DNA from: an uncultured Flavobacteriales bacterium
Lineage (GTDB): Bacteria > Bacteroidota > Bacteroidia > Flavobacteriales > UBA1820
NCBI GenBank assembly: GCA_959608625.1
Contig: CAUHQV010000006.1
Span: forward strand, 6,498-70,497
Length of the DNA stretch: 64,000 nucleotides
Reading direction: 5' to 3'
Numbering within the stretch: position 1 is the stretch's first letter; each line of letters starts with the position of its first letter. The notes under the pieces were generated by a model. It saw only the letters and a list, made by a program, of their open reading frames with translations. It made no database searches and was not told the origin of the DNA. This document shows, one piece after another, positions 63,314 through 64,000 of this stretch. A program made the position numbers and the translations under genes.

Positions 63314-64000
63314 AATCTTCGTCTTTTTCCGCGCGGTGTTCCAATAGTTCCCTGTCGTAACGGGGACTTAGGAAAATGAATGCCGCACACATGTAAATAA
63401 TGATCCCTGTAGGCAATTGCCCCAAGATTTCATTGCCGTAGGCCGAGACCATCACCCCGAATATCCCGGCGATCACCGCACATATAAGTCCTCTCAGCCG
63501 CTTGTCTTTTAGCTTGAAAAGCACCAGATAACACCCCATAAACAGGATATAGAACAAAATGCCCAAATGGAGTACAAGTCCGATGATACCCGTTTCCACC
63601 CATATCATCACGAACCAGGAATCGGTCGGTATCTGCGACAGGTAAGCCGTGGGCGCGTACGCTTTGGCCTTGCCGCCGCCCATGCCGAGGCCGGAACCGA
63701 AAGGCTTGTCTTTGATATATTCGGCAATGCGTTTTTGGTTGTTCAGCCGCACGTTCAGCGAAGCGTCTTCCGTATTGAACGCGCTGCGCATGCGCCGGAT
63801 CATCGCATTACCCTGCCCGATATCTGTGTATTTCAGAAAGACAAAACTGGAAAGCAGCGCCGCCGCACCCAGGAATATGATCCTCTTTTGCCGGGATATC
63901 AGCAGGTAGATCAGATACCCGGCAAAAGGAACGGCCAGTGCCCCGCGGGTGCCGGAAAGCATCATTCCGTACCCGGCCGCCAACGCGACACCCAGGAAAT
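63297..64000 (-). CDS. O-antigen polymerase/ligase family membrane protein (Wzy-like), C-terminal part; 5' end beyond the window
   Basis: Multi-TM. The Wzy_C-like ...MMLSGTRGALAVPFAG... The frame stays open upstream of the TTG at 63983 through to position 64000, so the gene continues off-window. Confidence 0.75.
   Translation of the reverse strand, partial: FLGVALAAGYGMMLSGTRGALAVPFAGYLIYLLISRQKRIIFLGAAALLSSFVFLKYTDIGQGNAMIRRMRSAFNTEDASLNVRLNNQKRIAEYIKDKPFGSGLGMGGGKAKAYAPTAYLSQIPTDSWFVMIWVETGIIGLVLHLGILFYILFMGCYLVLFKLKDKRLRGLICAVIAGIFGVMVSAYGNEILGQLPTGIIIYMCAAFIFLSPRYDRELLEHRAEKDEDYEHHR

Noticed and set aside
1-64000. CRISPR arrays, rRNA, tmRNA/RNase P/SRP RNA, transposases, phage genes, toxin-antitoxin pairs, and restriction-modification or other defence systems.
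   Set aside because: I looked for regularly spaced repeats, conserved RNA cores and hallmark protein motifs on both strands and found none. The only repeats are short terminator stems, the hairpin cluster at 7.8 kb and the 11-bp direct repeat at 26.8 kb.

Overview
This 64-kb window looks like chromosome from a GC-rich member of the Bacteroidota. The order Bacteroidales is likely, and Alistipes/Rikenellaceae is only my guess from protein families and GC content. Support for the phylum: perfect TAnnTTTG -7 promoter boxes sit in most intergenic gaps, obvious Shine-Dalgarno sites are absent, phylum-typical families are present (DUF4286, DUF4199, a YbbR protein upstream of coaE), and L31 is type B. 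Coding density is very high, with many 4-nt ATGA overlaps.

Layout:
- 1-41.4 kb is ordinary housekeeping: cysS, folE, argS, rsmA, waaA, dnaG, aspS, lspA, radA, lysC, a cysteine desulfurase, rpmE, coaE, a phosphosugar mutase, idi, gpsA, tRNA-Arg(CCG), radC, trmB, an S9 peptidase, ybaK and others.
- 41.5-51.3 kb is a sensory block. It holds a truncated MBL-hydrolase gene, two tandem paralogous hybrid sensor kinases, a membrane-anchored EEP-family protein and a REC-first histidine kinase.
- 51.3-64.0 kb, all on the minus strand, is a Wzx/Wzy-type glycan biosynthesis locus that runs off the right edge. It contains UDP-xylose synthase, 7 glycosyltransferases, 2 acyl/acetyltransferases, an ATP-grasp ligase, a flippase and a partial polymerase.

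I found no CRISPR array, rRNA, transposase, integrase, phage genes or recognisable defence island, and no clear-cut novel multi-gene system. The most unusual points I can actually see:
1. DnaG has all four canonical zinc-ribbon ligands substituted.
2. An uncharacterised 560-aa nucleosidase-fold protein is translationally coupled to dnaG.
3. Three perfect hairpins lie in tandem between dnaG and waaA.
4. A phosphorelay cluster with no output domain sits next to the glycan locus.
5. The glycan locus combines Wzx/Wzy genes with synthase-like GT2 enzymes and an ATP-grasp/acetyltransferase pair.

The many very long antisense ORFs in the track are codon-bias artefacts. All calls come from reading the sequence and translations by eye. 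No database search was run.
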